Shown here piece by piece: positions 62,798 through 64,000 of a stretch of DNA of 64,000 nt. The translations under genes and the position numbers were made by a program. Numbering within the stretch: position 1 is the first letter of the stretch; each line of letters opens with the position of its first letter. Below the pieces are notes generated by a model, which saw only the letters and a list, made by a program, of their open reading frames with translations, ran no database searches and was not told where the DNA came from. The DNA comes from an uncultured Verrucomicrobiae bacterium (lineage in GTDB: Bacteria; Verrucomicrobiota; Verrucomicrobiia; Limisphaerales; JAFGQR01), in assembly GCA_963788655.1 (NCBI GenBank), contig CAWBHS010000090.1, positions 96,001 through 160,000 on the forward strand, read 5' to 3'.

Positions 62798-64000
62798 TCA
62801 TGAATAGGATTTCAGATTTAAGGTGCGCTGAATTTTTTCGCGCACGACATCCGGCACGCCTGCCTGTTCTGCAAACGATCTCCATTTCGATACCGTCGCC
62901 TGCACCTCGGCAACGATTTTCGCGGCGCGCCCCCGTTTCATCGAAGCAGTCTTTGCGCAGGCGTTGAAGTCCTCCATCGTGAAATCGTCGCGTTTTCCAT
63001 TCATCGTCATCTGATGGCTCGCCGTCCACGCACCCGCAGGATTAAAGCTGTAGGTCATATCAAAGGCCGGCGATAGCGACCACTCACCGGATTTATTCAT
63101 CAGGAAGGCGATATTCTTCACGTGGTCATCCTGATTGCGGGCCACGATGTTGAATACCATGCGCCGAAACAGTTGCTCGATGGCCTGCATGGGCAACTGC
63201 AGTTGCCGCATCACCAGCAACGCCTGCTCGTAGCTATAAGCGCCTGCCATATTGAAATCGTAGTGCGCCAGGGCGCAAAGTGACTGCATGTGAAGTTTTT
63301 CGCCGCCGGCAAGACGATCAAAGCGGCGCGTCATGAAATGCGACCGGCCATTCTCTTTAAACAGCCGGCATTCACTGATTTCAATGCCGCATTCAAGCGC
63401 CATCAGGTAATACGCATACTCGATCAGCCCGTAGCCTTTCGGGTCTTCCAGTTCCTTATCCTTGTTGCCACTGACGCCGTCAAATTTCAGCAGCCAGTAT
63501 TCAAATCCCTTGCCGGCTTTGACCTGGCCAGACCGCACTTCATTGGTTTTCGGGTTCCATGCGATGACCGCCTTCGCCCTCGCGCCACCGGCGGAGGTGC
63601 CCACGCGCAGAATATCCCTTAGCGCCTCTTCGCTGCCTTCATCCGCAAAAGACGCCTGCAGGTTATTCCGGTGGGTCAATATCTCCGATGCAAGCTCAAC
63701 CAACTGGCCGACCTCAATGTGGCGTGGTCTGCTTTGCCTTGGGGCCGATCGCGGGGGCAAATTCCAGCGCACCCATGCCGCGTTCACCGGTATAGCAAAG
63801 CCGCTCAACCGCGTTGAAGGAATCCGGTTGCCGCCCCTGCGATGCCAGCCAGGCATCGATCAGCGCGTTGCCAAATTTGTCGGGCAGCGAGTCGGCCAGC
63901 AGGCCGGGCAGCCCGAGAAAAGTCGGGCGGGAAAGCTCGGGGAAGCGGTACACGCGCCGGGAAAGTGGCATCACAATCGGCGCGACTTGAATGCCGCTTT
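62798..64000 (-). pseudogene. hipA: HipA-family kinase toxin; 5' end outside the window; frameshift near 63720
   Basis: GLPGLLADSLPDKFGN...RGMGALEF in one frame; GTSAGGARAK, WLLKFD, RRFDR, NQDDHVKN, LSPAFD in another. Confidence 0.9.

Overview
A 64-kb GC-rich chromosomal window, most likely from a sulfur-oxidising gammaproteobacterium. This is inferred from minCDE, infA, pdxH, pbpG and ybiT, plus many sulfur-handling genes (SoxH-like MBL, TauE, SulP, an exported rhodanese, an exported DsrE-fold protein and a persulfide dioxygenase). No rRNA, tRNA, CRISPR array, integrase or intact transposase was recognised. The strongest candidate for an undescribed system is a minus-strand operon at 32.9-35.76 kb: a CS2/COS-hydrolase-type beta-carbonic anhydrase, an FmdB zinc-ribbon protein and a sigma-54 activator with a Cys-rich MetOD1/V4R-like sensor. 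It is preceded by a complete RpoN promoter (-24/-12 box, IHF-like site, paired palindromic UAS). The second candidate is an accessory island at 53.8-64 kb with five REP hairpins, decayed toxin-antitoxin modules and a 978-aa protein (large exported domain plus about 8 TM helices). That protein lies in a block bounded by short inverted repeats. Other points: an actinobacterial-type LpqY-SugABC transporter, a Fur-boxed porin with a long leader, a Tat-exported superoxide reductase, and a 51-aa ORF missed by the ORF track. Several genes carry clustered 1-bp frameshifts that probably reflect assembly error. All family assignments come from motif recognition by eye; no database searches were run.
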